DNA of 64,000 nt from Kofleriaceae bacterium (GTDB lineage: Bacteria; Myxococcota_A; Polyangia; Haliangiales; Haliangiaceae), in contig CBDCCZ010000044.1 in assembly GCA_965215005.1 (NCBI GenBank), forward strand, positions 32,001 to 96,000. Reading direction: 5' to 3'. Within the stretch, counting starts at the first letter, position 1, and each line of letters starts with the position of its first letter. The translations under genes were made by a program, and so were the position numbers. Below are positions 11,354-24,325 of the stretch, piece by piece. The notes beneath the pieces were generated by a model. That model did no database searches. It was given only the letters and a program-made list of their open reading frames with translations, and was not told where the DNA came from.

Positions 11354-13033
11354 CTAGCGAGTGAGCGGCTTGTACTTGATGCGGTGCGGCTGGTCGGCGT
11401 CGGCGCCCAAACGCCGCTTGCGGTCCTTCATGTAGTCCTGATAGTTGCCCTCGAACCACTCGACGTGGCTGTCGCCTTCGAAGGCCAGGATATGCGTGGC
11501 GATGCGATCGAGAAACCAGCGATCATGGCTGATGACTACCGCGCAGCCGGGAAAGCGAATCAAGCCGTCTTCGAGTGCCCGCAGGGTAGCGACGTCGAGG
11601 TCGTTGGTTGGCTCGTCGAGTAGCAGCAGGTTGCCGGCCGACTTGATCATCTTGGCCAAATGCACCCGATTGCGCTCGCCGCCCGAGAGGGTGCCGACGC
11701 GTTTCTGCTGATCGGAGCCGCGAAAGTTGAAGCTCGATACATAGGCTCGCGAGTTGAGTTGCCGCTCGCCTAGCGAAATAACTTCGGCGCCCTCCGAAAT
11801 CTCCTCCCAAACCGACTTTTCAGAATCGAGAACGTCACGGCTTTGATCGACGTACGCGACTTGCACGGTATCGCCGACGATGAGCTTGCCGCTATCCGGG
11901 GATTCTTGGCCAACGATCATCCGAAATAGCGTGGTCTTGCCAGCGCCATTGGGACCGATGACACCGACGATGCCCCCGCGCGGCAGCTTGAAGCTCAGGT
12001 TGTCGATCAGCAGGTGGTCGCCAAACCCTTTCGACAAGTTCTCGGCGATGACCACGTCGTTGCCCAGCCGCGGTCCCGGCGGCACCACAATCTCGAGCGA
12101 CGGATCGCGCTTGTCGTCTTGCGCTTCGTTGACCAGCTCTTCGTAACGCGTTAGGCGCGCTTTGCTCTTGGCTTGCCGCGCTTTGGGCGAAGCCCGCACC
12201 CAATCGAGCTCGCGTGATAGCAGCCGCTGTCGCGCCGATTCCTGCTTCTCTTCCTGTTGCAGGCGCTTTTGCTTGGCCTCCAGCCAGGTGCTGTAGTTGC
12301 CTTCGAACGGGTGGCCTTCGCCGCGGTCGAGCTCGAGGATCCACTGCGCGACATTGTCGAGGAAGTAGCGGTCGTGGGTGATTGCCACCACGGTGCCGGG
12401 AAACTCTTCTAGGTGCTTTTCCAGCCACTGCACCGACTCCGCATCGAGGTGGTTGGTCGGCTCATCGAGGAGCAACATATCTGGCTTGTCGAGCAACACC
12501 CGGCACAGCGCGACCCGCCGGCGCTCACCGCCGGAAAGCGTCGTGACATCGGCATCCGGTGGTGGCAAGCGCAGCGCGTCCATTGCGATCTCGAGCGTGC
12601 GATCGAGCTCCCAGGCATTGCTGGCCTCAATTGCATCCTGGACCTTGGCGTGCTCCTCCATCACCTTGTCCATCTCCTCGGCGGATAGATCCTCGCCGAG
12701 CTTGTTGTTCAGCTCGTCGAAGCGAGTGAGCAGGCCGCGCTCTTTGGCCACCGCTTCTTCGACATTGCCGAGTACCGACTTGGATGGATCGAGCGCTGGC
12801 TCTTGCGGCAGATACCCGACGCGAACCCCATCGGCTGCCCATGCTTCGCCGACGAACTCCTGATCGACTCCGGCCATGATGCGTAGCAGCGAGCTCTTGC
12901 CGGCGCCGTTTGAGCCAAGGACGCCGATTTTCGCGCCCGGAAAAAAGGATAGCCAGATTCCCTTGAGGATCTCGCGCTTGGGCGGCACCACTTTGCGCAG
13001 ATCCTTCATGACGTAGACGTATTGATGGGCCAT
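11354..13033 (-). CDS. ettA: Energy-dependent translational throttle ABC-F ATPase
   Basis: Two ABC cassettes ([21 protein letters not shown] twice); C-terminal PHRIKYKPL; 559 aa. Confidence 0.95.
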   Translation of the reverse strand: MAHQYVYVMKDLRKVVPPKREILKGIWLSFFPGAKIGVLGSNGAGKSSLLRIMAGVDQEFVGEAWAADGVRVGYLPQEPALDPSKSVLGNVEEAVAKERGLLTRFDELNNKLGEDLSAEEMDKVMEEHAKVQDAIEASNAWELDRTLEIAMDALRLPPPDADVTTLSGGERRRVALCRVLLDKPDMLLLDEPTNHLDAESVQWLEKHLEEFPGTVVAITHDRYFLDNVAQWILELDRGEGHPFEGNYSTWLEAKQKRLQQEEKQESARQRLLSRELDWVRASPKARQAKSKARLTRYEELVNEAQDDKRDPSLEIVVPPGPRLGNDVVIAENLSKGFGDHLLIDNLSFKLPRGGIVGVIGPNGAGKTTLFRMIVGQESPDSGKLIVGDTVQVAYVDQSRDVLDSEKSVWEEISEGAEVISLGERQLNSRAYVSSFNFRGSDQQKRVGTLSGGERNRVHLAKMIKSAGNLLLLDEPTNDLDVATLRALEDGLIRFPGCAVVISHDRWFLDRIATHILAFEGDSHVEWFEGNYQDYMKDRKRRLGADADQPHRIKYKPLTR

Positions 13034-13139
13034 CGAGCGCAGTGTACTCGTCGGCGCGCGCCGCCCAAGCGGATCAGCGGTAAATCGCTGCTGGCGCGCG
13101 CTGCCTCGCTCGCCCAGCAGATTCGAGTACCTTAAGAGG

Positions 13140-13880
13140 ATGGGGCCCTACCGGGCGATAGCTGGCGTAGAGACGCTTCTGGCGCCTACGCGGCAGGGCC
13201 AGCTCAGGCTCGAGGTGGCGCCGCGGCATACGCTCGTGGCGATTGAAGGGGTCGCCAGTGTTGCGTTCACCGACGAGTTCTTCACGCTCACCACCCATGA
13301 GCGGCGTCGGGCTAAGCGGGTGTCGATGCGGCTTGGCGAGGCGCGGGTGGCGATCGCGCGGGGCGTTCCCAGCGGCGAGATTGCGCTGTGGTACGAGGAC
13401 AAGCCGCATTCGTTTCAGCGCGTGATTGGCTTCGACCCGGTCGAGCTGCTGACCACCGATGCATTGCGGGCATGGCACGCTCTGGATGCGGTCGCCAAGC
13501 GTCTGCAGGAGGTGATCTCGCCGCACGCGCGCGGGGTGAAGCAGGCCCTGGAGCTCGGACCGGGGCACGATCGCGTGCTCGTCGCCGACTTTGGCGATCA
13601 CTTCACCGTTTACGTGCGCAAGCTGTTTCGCGGGCGCCAGCGCCGGGTGCTGGAGGTTTACGACGACGGCACGGTGGTGGTCGTGAGCAAAGGGAAGGAG
13701 CGGCGCGTGAGATGCTCGTCGCGGTTCGGCGTCACCGTTAGCGGCGATCACATTCGCTTTTCTGACGCCACCGGGTTCGACCTCGCGAGTCTTTCGTTGC
13801 CTTGGATAGGCGCTGAGGACCGCGTGGAGCTGGCGCGCCGCCTCGGCGACATGTTGACGCAGAGCTCTGCTGCGCGTTGA
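13140..13880 (+). CDS. Hypothetical protein
   Basis: 246-aa ORF with normal composition filling the gap between ettA and the protease gene; -10-like box before ATG. Confidence 0.7.
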   Translation: MGPYRAIAGVETLLAPTRQGQLRLEVAPRHTLVAIEGVASVAFTDEFFTLTTHERRRAKRVSMRLGEARVAIARGVPSGEIALWYEDKPHSFQRVIGFDPVELLTTDALRAWHALDAVAKRLQEVISPHARGVKQALELGPGHDRVLVADFGDHFTVYVRKLFRGRQRRVLEVYDDGTVVVVSKGKERRVRCSSRFGVTVSGDHIRFSDATGFDLASLSLPWIGAEDRVELARRLGDMLTQSSAAR

Positions 13881-13911
13881 CGCCTCCGCGACCAGCCTTA
13901 GGTTGTTGGCT

Positions 13912-14712
13912 ATGTTTCGCAAGTTTCGCATCGGCACGCTACTCGGCTTCCCAGTCGACGTGAATCTGTCGTTCTTGCTGCTCTTAGGGGTAGCGCTGCT
14001 GTTTTGGGGTGGACTCGCGGGCGTGGGATTCGTGCTGATGGCGTTTGCGTCGGTGCTGGTTCACGAGCTTGGACACGCGCTGGTGGCGCGCCATTTGGGC
14101 GTAGCGATCGCCGGTATCGAGCTGCACTTCTTCGGCGGTGCAGCGAAGATGACTGGACAACCAAAGAATGCCGGTGATGAGATCACGATCGCCGCTGCTG
14201 GTCCCGCGGTGTCGTTCTTGGTCGGTGGCATGAGCGTCTTGCTCGCCCTCGTCAGCGGCGTTGGCGTGTTCGAGAAGCTCGGCTGGATCAACTTCCTGAT
14301 CGGCGGCTTCAATCTGCTCCCCGCGCTGCCGCTCGATGGTGGCCGGATCTTCCGCGCGCTGCTCGCGAGGAAGCGCGGCTTTGTCCCTGCCACCGAGCTC
14401 GCCATCAAGGTTGCGCGCGTGATTGCGGTGGGGCTAGGCGCGCTCGCTCTTGCGAGCGGGTCGTTTTATCTAGTGCTGCTCGCGGTGCTGATTTGGTCGA
14501 TGGGCAGTCAAGAGCTGCGGGCAGCGCGGCTTGGCTATCACGGCGGCTATCGCGTGGATGTGCCGCCGTTTACGCGCAGCGGCTATCGGATGCCCACCGC
14601 TGAGGTCATACCTGCCAGCTTCGAGGTGCGACGCGTGTACACCGGCTCGCCGCGACGAGGGGGGCACTGGGTGCGTCAGAGCGGCCGCCAGATCATCGAC
14701 ATCGAAGACTAG
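13912..14712 (+). CDS. Site-2 protease (M50 family)
   Basis: HELGH, AGP, NLLPALPLDGGR motifs; multiple TM segments. Confidence 0.93.
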   Translation: MFRKFRIGTLLGFPVDVNLSFLLLLGVALLFWGGLAGVGFVLMAFASVLVHELGHALVARHLGVAIAGIELHFFGGAAKMTGQPKNAGDEITIAAAGPAVSFLVGGMSVLLALVSGVGVFEKLGWINFLIGGFNLLPALPLDGGRIFRALLARKRGFVPATELAIKVARVIAVGLGALALASGSFYLVLLAVLIWSMGSQELRAARLGYHGGYRVDVPPFTRSGYRMPTAEVIPASFEVRRVYTGSPRRGGHWVRQSGRQIIDIED

Positions 14713-14725
14713 GCTGTGCAGCGCG

Positions 14726-15883
<1,158 letters not shown>

Positions 15884-15892
15884 GGTTCTCGC

Positions 15893-16963
15893 TTAGGATT
15901 GGGGAGTGCGCGGGGCGCGCGTTGCTTGGTAGATGCGTTCGAGGAGGGCGCGGCTGCTTTGCTCTTGGCCGCGCGCGATGGCGTGAATGGTGTCGACGAC
16001 GCGCTTGTTGACCGGCACGTCGATGCCGTGGAGGCGCGCGCGCTCGACCACCTCACCGTTCAAGAAGTCGACGGCGGGCGGGCGGCCGCGCTCGATGGCG
16101 CTGAGCATCGAGCTGCGCATGCGCCGATAGCGCAGGCCGACCGCGAGTAGGAGCGCATGTTTGGCGGTGAGACCCGCGGAGCCGCGTTTGCGTTTCTCGG
16201 CCGGCGTGAGCGCGACCCAGTCGAGGTCGAGAGTGCCGGCAACCTTCTCGAGCCGAACGTGCTCTGCCCGCGCCACCTCAACCGCTTCGGTCATGATGTC
16301 GAGGCCGAGGCGACGCACGTGGCGGATGCGCACCAGCGGCCCCAGCTGCTCGCCGCCAATGGTCCCGAGGGACGAAATCGCGGCATTGAGCGCCAGCTTG
16401 CTCCACCGCGCGCCCAACAAATTGTTGGTGAACGTGACTGGGCCGATGGCCTCGAGCAGGCTGCCGGCGAGGCGCACCGCTTCATCGATATCGCCGCTGG
16501 GACGGCCGATGGTGAAGCCGCCGGCGGCAGTCATGTCATAGACGCCAGGCTCCGGCATGGACGCCCCCCACGCGACGACCGCACCAATGACGCGCTCAGG
16601 ACCGACGATTTTGCCGATGCGGGCCTCGCAGAGGCCGTTTTGGAACACGACCATGGCGCCATCGTCGGCGAGCGCCGTCTGCGCCATCTCCGCCGCTTCT
16701 TCGACTTGCGGCGGTTGCGTGGCCAAAAAAATCAGGTCGAAGGTTTCGCCGGGGGGAACGCCGAGCTCGATGCGTCCAGGTGCCGCGCGTTCGCCGGAGT
16801 CGCCGCGGAGGCGATAGCCGCGCTCGCGGACGGCGCGGAAGATCGCCTCGTTGGTGGTGACGCCGGTGACCGCGGTGCCGAGCTCGGCGAGATGGCCGGC
16901 GACATTGCCGCCAATGCCGCCACAGCCCATGACCAACACGCGGGGGCCGCTCGTCTCGCTCAT
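15893..16963 (-). CDS. Ketopantoate reductase (PanE/ApbA) family protein
   Basis: GCGGIG, QNG, WSKLALN, SSML...NG motifs. Confidence 0.85.
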   Translation of the reverse strand: MSETSGPRVLVMGCGGIGGNVAGHLAELGTAVTGVTTNEAIFRAVRERGYRLRGDSGERAAPGRIELGVPPGETFDLIFLATQPPQVEEAAEMAQTALADDGAMVVFQNGLCEARIGKIVGPERVIGAVVAWGASMPEPGVYDMTAAGGFTIGRPSGDIDEAVRLAGSLLEAIGPVTFTNNLLGARWSKLALNAAISSLGTIGGEQLGPLVRIRHVRRLGLDIMTEAVEVARAEHVRLEKVAGTLDLDWVALTPAEKRKRGSAGLTAKHALLLAVGLRYRRMRSSMLSAIERGRPPAVDFLNGEVVERARLHGIDVPVNKRVVDTIHAIARGQEQSSRALLERIYQATRAPRTPQS

Positions 16964-17006
16964 GGGCGTCTCTATACCATGCCCCTCGAGGTGGGCCGGG
17001 CGCGGC

Positions 17007-18026
17007 TCACGCGGCGGGCGCAGCCTCCATCTCGTCGGCGGCATCTTGCCAATTCTCGAACTGCAGGATGCCAAGGTCGGCAAAGCGCGTGCGTTGCCTC
17101 TCGGACAGCAGACCGAGCTTTTTCACCGCCGGGACGATCTTGGAGAAGAGCAGCTGGCGAAATATCTGCTGGCCCTTGTTCTCGAGCGCGATCTGCTTGC
17201 ACCGCTCGACTGGCAATCCGAGCTTGTCCCAGACTTCTGCATAGAGGAACCGGTCACGCATCAAGCGAGCCGCTTCGTAAACGAAGTCTTCGCGTTCCTC
17301 GATGACGGCAGCTGGCTGGTCGGCGTAGTAATCGCGCAGCGATAAAATGCCATAAGCGACGTGGCGCGCCTCGTCTTGCATGACGTAATGCGTGAGCTGG
17401 CGGATCAGCGGCTCGGTGCTGTGGTTGCGCAGCATCGAGAATGCCGCCAGCGCTAGCCCCTCGACCATGATCTGCATGCCGAGAAACTTCATGTCCCAGC
17501 GCGAGTCTTTGAGGATCATGTCGAGCAGCGTTTTCAGGTGCTCGTTGACGGGGTACGAGAAGCCGATCTTCTCGTGCAGGTAGCGGTTGTAGACATCGAC
17601 GTGGCGCGCTTCATCGACGACTTGGCTGGCGCCATAGAGCTTGGAGTCGAGATCAGGCACCGCGTCCACGAGCTGAGCCGTCGCGAGCAAGGCGCCCTGC
17701 TCGCCGTGGAGAAACTGCGATAGCGTCCATGAGCTGGTCTCGGTGTGCATCGCCGCGCGCTCCTTTGCGGTCATGCGCGTCCACACCTCGGAGCCGAACA
17801 ACGGCTGGAGCTCCTCGGGCCAGTTGGGACGTTCGATGTCGACGTCTTGCTTCCACGGCAGGACGTCCTCGGCGATCCATTGGCCGCGTTGCGCCTTGCG
17901 GTAGAGGTCACGAAGCTTTTGCCGAGTCTCCTCGTAGCCCCAGGTGTACGTGAGGTCGAGGGTCACGCTCAGGGTCTCGCTGCTCGGCCCAAGCTGCTGA
18001 GCCGCGGGTGCATTCCAGTCGGTCAT
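17007..18026 (-). CDS. Ferritin-like diiron protein (AurF-like oxygenase)
   Basis: HGEQGAL...DEARH and VEGLA...DEARH paired diiron motifs; AAGGAG RBS before ATG 18026. Confidence 0.82.
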   Translation of the reverse strand: MTDWNAPAAQQLGPSSETLSVTLDLTYTWGYEETRQKLRDLYRKAQRGQWIAEDVLPWKQDVDIERPNWPEELQPLFGSEVWTRMTAKERAAMHTETSSWTLSQFLHGEQGALLATAQLVDAVPDLDSKLYGASQVVDEARHVDVYNRYLHEKIGFSYPVNEHLKTLLDMILKDSRWDMKFLGMQIMVEGLALAAFSMLRNHSTEPLIRQLTHYVMQDEARHVAYGILSLRDYYADQPAAVIEEREDFVYEAARLMRDRFLYAEVWDKLGLPVERCKQIALENKGQQIFRQLLFSKIVPAVKKLGLLSERQRTRFADLGILQFENWQDAADEMEAAPAA

Positions 18027-18050
18027 GGGTGGCTCCTTGGAAAGTAAAGA

Positions 18051-18064
18051 TGAAGTCAACTTCA
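18051..18064. promoter_or_regulatory. Candidate TetR operator
   Basis: Inverted repeat TGAAGT-CA-ACTTCA in the short AT-rich gap between the diiron gene and the divergent TetR gene. Confidence 0.55.
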
Positions 18065-18080
18065 CTTTGACTCCTTTTCC

Positions 18081-18767
18081 TTGAATCGGTCAAGGAGGAT
18101 TGTTTATGAAGGGTCCCCTTTGCCGACCCCCGAGGAATTACTGCTACTTGAGGGCGTGGTGCGGCGCTTCCCGCAGGAGCGCGCACGCCGTACGTTCGAA
18201 GCGCTGTTGTGCGCGGCCTCCGAGCTGTTTCTCGAGAAGGGCTTTGATGCCACGCAAACTCCGGACATCGCGGCGCGCGCCGGGGTCAGCGTTGGCACGT
18301 TTTATCGGTACTTCGCGGACAAGCGCGAGGTGTACCTCGAGGACTTGCGCCGGAATCTGCTGGCGGCGTATCGCGAGGTGATGGGCCGGCTCACCCCCGA
18401 GCGGTTCATCGGCAAAGGCAGCCGCGCGACCATCGACGAGACGTTGGCGGCGCTCTTGGGGACGGTCACACGGTTTCCCCAGATGCAGCGTGTGTTTCTC
18501 GAGATGTCGCTGCGTGACCCCGATGTCGCGGCACTCAAGCGCGCGGTCGACCTGGCGGGGCAGACCGCGCTCACGCAGCTAATCGCCGCGGTTTGCGCGC
18601 CCGAACGCGTGCCTGATCCCGAAGCGACCGCGTTCATCATCTACACGGCGGTGGTCGAGTGCGCGCACGCGTTGGCGGGCAATCGCGGCGAGCCGCTGCT
18701 CGAGCTCGAGCGCGGACGCCGCGACCTGGCCCGGGTGCTCTATCGGCTGTTGTTCGACGACGACTAG
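18081..18767 (+). CDS. TetR/AcrR family transcriptional regulator
   Basis: QERARRT...IAARAGVSVGTFYRYFADK HTH; exact start uncertain. Confidence 0.92.
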   Translation: MNRSRRIVYEGSPLPTPEELLLLEGVVRRFPQERARRTFEALLCAASELFLEKGFDATQTPDIAARAGVSVGTFYRYFADKREVYLEDLRRNLLAAYREVMGRLTPERFIGKGSRATIDETLAALLGTVTRFPQMQRVFLEMSLRDPDVAALKRAVDLAGQTALTQLIAAVCAPERVPDPEATAFIIYTAVVECAHALAGNRGEPLLELERGRRDLARVLYRLLFDDD

Positions 18768-18863
18768 ACGACGACTAAACGACAGATGGATGAATTCGGT
18801 CGCGTCGACGGGCGCGCTCTCGTTCATGAGCGACACGAGGTTCGTCGCGTTATATTCGTCCGC

Positions 18864-19274
18864 ATGAACAAGCTCTTATGGATCGCGCTCAGCAGCATGC
18901 TTCTTGCGTCAACCGGATGTAAGAAAGACGAGCCGGTGGAAGTCGAGACTCCGGCGGAGCGCGCGGCGCCCATGGAAGGGCAGGCACCGCCACAGTCCGC
19001 AACCACGCGTGATGTCGCCATCACGGTCACCGCCTCCGGCTATGAGCCCGCACGGATCGAAGCCGCCCCGGGCGAATCGCTCAACTTGGTTTTTACCCGC
19101 ACCGCCGAAAGTGAGTGCGCCGAGTACGTCAAAGTCGCCGGCGGTGAAAAGCACGAGCTCCCTCTCAACGAGGCGGTATCGATTCCCGTCAGCGTTCCTG
19201 AGAGCGGCGAGATCACGTTCGCTTGCGGCATGGACATGATGACCGGCGTCGTCGTCGCCAAGTCCCACGGCTAG
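18864..19274 (+). CDS. Cupredoxin-like domain lipoprotein
   Basis: Lipobox STGC; GYEP...C...FACGMDMMTG typical of cupredoxin_1/CupA-like domains. Confidence 0.85.
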   Translation: MNKLLWIALSSMLLASTGCKKDEPVEVETPAERAAPMEGQAPPQSATTRDVAITVTASGYEPARIEAAPGESLNLVFTRTAESECAEYVKVAGGEKHELPLNEAVSIPVSVPESGEITFACGMDMMTGVVVAKSHG

Positions 19275-19308
19275 CGCGACCGCGATAGACGCGGCGAGAG
19301 CGCCGTCG

Positions 19309-22002
19309 CTACTTGACTTGGAAACTCTGGGTGAAGCACACAGGGACGGCCTTGCCGTTGTCTCGATACGGCTCGTAGCGCCAGCTGTAGAGCGTGAGCT
19401 CGAGCGGCCGCGAGGTCTGATAGCTAAGATTGCTCGGGAGGCCGACGCGGCGAACCTTGCCGGCCGCGTCGACACACAGCTCGACGGCGAGTCGACCGCG
19501 CGGCAGGGCGCTCAGCCCGCCGAGCGTAGGAAGGCTACCCGTGCGCTTCTTCATCGCTCCAGCCGAGACCGTGAGCGGGCCGCTTCGAGTGGGCTTCTGC
19601 GCGAGCGGAGCGCGCAGCGCGGGTGCCTCAGGCGGGGCGTCGGCCCGCAGCTCGAGCTCAAAGCTCATCCCAGGCACCTTTCGACGGCTGGCCGCGAGAC
19701 CACCCTGCGCAGGCAGTGCCGCTTCATCGACCACGACCGGCGCCTTTGAGGGCGTCTGTTGGGTAGGCTGCGCGCGTTCTTCCCGCTTGCGCCGTCGAAG
19801 CTCCTTCTTGTGAGCTTCGAGCGCCTCGCGCTCGAGGTTTGGCTGTAGCTCGTAATGCGTGTTGGATTCGGCATCGAGCTCTCGACGCCACAGCTCCCCG
19901 TACTCGTTCTCCAGGGAGATGACATGACTGCCGGTTTCCACCTCGACCGAGGTCGGCGTCGCTTCCATGAGCGTTTCGCCATTGATCTTGACGATCAACC
20001 CGGGAGGCGTGCTTCGCACCGCGACGGTGGCGCCGCTGGAGGCCTTCTCGAGCACCACGCGCACGGTTTGATTTTCATTCGCCGCTACCTCGAGCGTCGA
20101 AATCCACGAGCGATAGCCCTGCCGGCGAATCTCCACGGAATGATCACCAACGGCGAGCTCGACCTCATGAGGCACTTCATCGTGCGTCTTGCCATCGACG
20201 AGAACCACCGCGTCGCTTGGCTCGACAAGGAGTCTCACGTGCCCAAATCTAGGCGGCTGCGCGCTGCTGTCGCGACCATCGCTGCCGGCGGTGCGCAGCA
20301 AAAGCAGCGCGCCACAGACAGCGAGCACACCGCCGGCAATGGCCATGACTCGCCAGCGTGACGAGCGATGTTGCGCGACGATTCCGGCGCCGAACTCGGT
20401 CGACATGCGCGCGCGTTCGGACGATTCGACCAGCGGCACCTCGACCGGCATCTCGTCATCGACGCGGTGGGTGGTGGTGGTGCCGCGTCCGAGTGCCGGC
20501 GCTGGCGGCAGTCCTTCGCTCGGCGCGCCCGCTCCGGCGGATGAGAACGCGCCGGAGCCCGGACCGAAGGCCCCGGGTAAGGGCGGCGCTGTCGACGTGA
20601 GCCCGAGGGCACCCGCGCCACTGGCTCCCGGAGCAATCGAGGCAGCTCGCTGCCTAGCACCTGGTCGACGCGAACCGGCGCGCACCTGGACCTGCCCCGG
20701 CTCGTCTCCGCGCGGCGCGGCACCCACGACGTATGCAACGTCATCTGTGGGCGAAGTGGCGGCTCGCTGCGCGGGCGTGCCCTCGACCTGCGACGGGCTA
20801 ATCGGTGGTTGACTCGCTGGCGTGGGTATCTTGTGACTCACGTCCGGCACGTCATCGAGGAGCACCGGCCGGGCCGCGTCCTCGGCCGCCGAGCCCCAAA
20901 CCATATCGACCTCGTCGTCGTCGCCGAGCGCGACACCGCCCGCCAATCGCGCGCGGTCGAGCCGCGGCATGAGGTCTGAATCGCTCGGACCGAGCGAGCG
21001 CGAGTCTTGTTGCGCCATCGTGATCGAGCGAGACACGCTGCCTTCAGTCAGCTCCTGGGAGAAAGCCCATTGGCACCAGTGACTGACCTCGCGATTGGTG
21101 GCGTTGTACTGATAGTGCCTGCGCAGGCGGTGCAGCTCTTCGCGCATGTCCGCGGCCGACGCCCAGCGTTGATCGCGATCCTTACTCAGCGCCTTGAGGA
21201 CGATCGCGTCGAGCTCGGGCGGCACCTCGAGGTTTTGAGCCGACGGCGGTGCGACGGGCGCTTTCTGCACCCGCATCAGGGTTTTGTAGTCGTTTTTGGT
21301 CGCAAACAGCGGCCGCGCGGTGAGGAGCTCGTGCGCAATGATCCCGACCGAGAAGAGGTCGCTACGGCCATCGAGGGCCTGACCGGTCACTGACTCGGGA
21401 GCCATATACGCGAGCTTGCCCTTGACACGTCCGGTCTGGGTACGAAGCTGTGTCGACTGCGCCTTGGCAATGCCAAAGTCGATGATCTTGAGGTGCCCTG
21501 AGCCGGTGATCAGCAAGTTCGACGGCGAGACGTCGCGGTGCACCAGCCCGAGCGGAACCCCGTCTTCGTCGGCGCGGGTATGGGCGTAGTCGAGGGCATC
21601 GCAGAGCTGCAGCAGCAGCGCGACCGTGACGTTGATCGGCGGCGGCCCGGTGACGCGTTTGGACTGGCGCAGCACCTTGCGGACATCGCGCCCCTCGATG
21701 AGCTCCATCGAGATGAAGTACACAGGGCCAACTCGCCCGAGCTCATAGAGCTGCACGATGTTGGCGTGCTGGAGCAGCGAAGCGAGCTTTGCCTCGCGCA
21801 CGAACGAGCGCACGAAGCTCTCGTCTTCGGCCAAGTGAGGCAGCAGGCGCTTGAGGGCGACCATGCGCTCAAAACCCTCGATGCCGCGCTCTTTGGCCCG
21901 ATGCACCGTGGCCATTCCACCGATGCCCAGCCGTTCGTAGACGAGATAGGGCCCGAACACCTCGTGCTGCGTCTCACCCGCTGGGTCGTGCGTTGTCGTC
22001 AT
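19309..22002 (-). CDS. Membrane Ser/Thr kinase with PEGA domains and TonB-C-like tail
   Basis: GIGGMA, HRDVSPSN, DFGIAK, YMAPE; one TM; PEGA-like VEPSDAVVLVDG and STPPG; WRYEPY...PVC tail. Confidence 0.9.
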   Translation of the reverse strand: MTTTHDPAGETQHEVFGPYLVYERLGIGGMATVHRAKERGIEGFERMVALKRLLPHLAEDESFVRSFVREAKLASLLQHANIVQLYELGRVGPVYFISMELIEGRDVRKVLRQSKRVTGPPPINVTVALLLQLCDALDYAHTRADEDGVPLGLVHRDVSPSNLLITGSGHLKIIDFGIAKAQSTQLRTQTGRVKGKLAYMAPESVTGQALDGRSDLFSVGIIAHELLTARPLFATKNDYKTLMRVQKAPVAPPSAQNLEVPPELDAIVLKALSKDRDQRWASAADMREELHRLRRHYQYNATNREVSHWCQWAFSQELTEGSVSRSITMAQQDSRSLGPSDSDLMPRLDRARLAGGVALGDDDEVDMVWGSAAEDAARPVLLDDVPDVSHKIPTPASQPPISPSQVEGTPAQRAATSPTDDVAYVVGAAPRGDEPGQVQVRAGSRRPGARQRAASIAPGASGAGALGLTSTAPPLPGAFGPGSGAFSSAGAGAPSEGLPPAPALGRGTTTTHRVDDEMPVEVPLVESSERARMSTEFGAGIVAQHRSSRWRVMAIAGGVLAVCGALLLLRTAGSDGRDSSAQPPRFGHVRLLVEPSDAVVLVDGKTHDEVPHEVELAVGDHSVEIRRQGYRSWISTLEVAANENQTVRVVLEKASSGATVAVRSTPPGLIVKINGETLMEATPTSVEVETGSHVISLENEYGELWRRELDAESNTHYELQPNLEREALEAHKKELRRRKREERAQPTQQTPSKAPVVVDEAALPAQGGLAASRRKVPGMSFELELRADAPPEAPALRAPLAQKPTRSGPLTVSAGAMKKRTGSLPTLGGLSALPRGRLAVELCVDAAGKVRRVGLPSNLSYQTSRPLELTLYSWRYEPYRDNGKAVPVCFTQSFQVK

Positions 22003-22340
22003 TCGTCCCCGGTGCGCTTCCCGGCAACCCCGGTGCCAGTCACTGTTGCATAAGAGATGCGTAGCGTGCACATGAATTTCACCGCTCGAGGCTGTATGTC
22101 ACTTGAATTACAGGTGTTGGTGTGACGAGGATTCCGGATTTCCCAGCCGCAGCCAACCTTCGATAGGGAAAAGAAGGACATAACCCGCTGATCTCATTGG
22201 GACTCGAGGCTCGCCCGACGAGCGCCCGGTTGCAGGCGATGCGCCGGGCGCCAGCGGCAGCAGCCACGCTGATGCTACGGCGCCCCTCCGACACTCGGCA
22301 GCGAGCCGCGGGTGGACGAACGCGCGAGCAGGCGATACCA

Positions 22341-22574
22341 CTACCCCTGCGGCGGGGTGAGGGTCTCGAGAGCCAGCGCGTGAATGGGACCCTTCATTTC
22401 ATCGGCGAGCGCCGCGTACACCATCCGGTGTCGCTGCATCATCGTCTTGCCCGCGAAAGCCGACGACACCACTCGCGCCTGCCAATGGTCGGCGGTGCCG
22501 GTGAGGTCTTCGAGGGTGACGTCAGCGTCGGGAATGGCCGCGCGGATCTTGCTCGCGATGTCTTCCGCCTTCAT
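22341..22574 (-). CDS. BolA/IbaG family protein
   Basis: DHW...VVSSAFAGK...QRHRMVY...IHAL. Confidence 0.92.
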   Translation of the reverse strand: MKAEDIASKIRAAIPDADVTLEDLTGTADHWQARVVSSAFAGKTMMQRHRMVYAALADEMKGPIHALALETLTPPQG

Positions 22575-22640
22575 GACCGGTAGGTAGCGCACCCGCGGGT
22601 TTTGCGCAAAGGACTCGAGCCTGCCGTCGCGAGTGGCCGC

Positions 22641-24272
<1,632 letters not shown>

Positions 24273-24325
24273 GGGCCGATCCTTAGCATGGATCGCCGAC
24301 GCGACCGCCGGCCCCGGCACGGGGC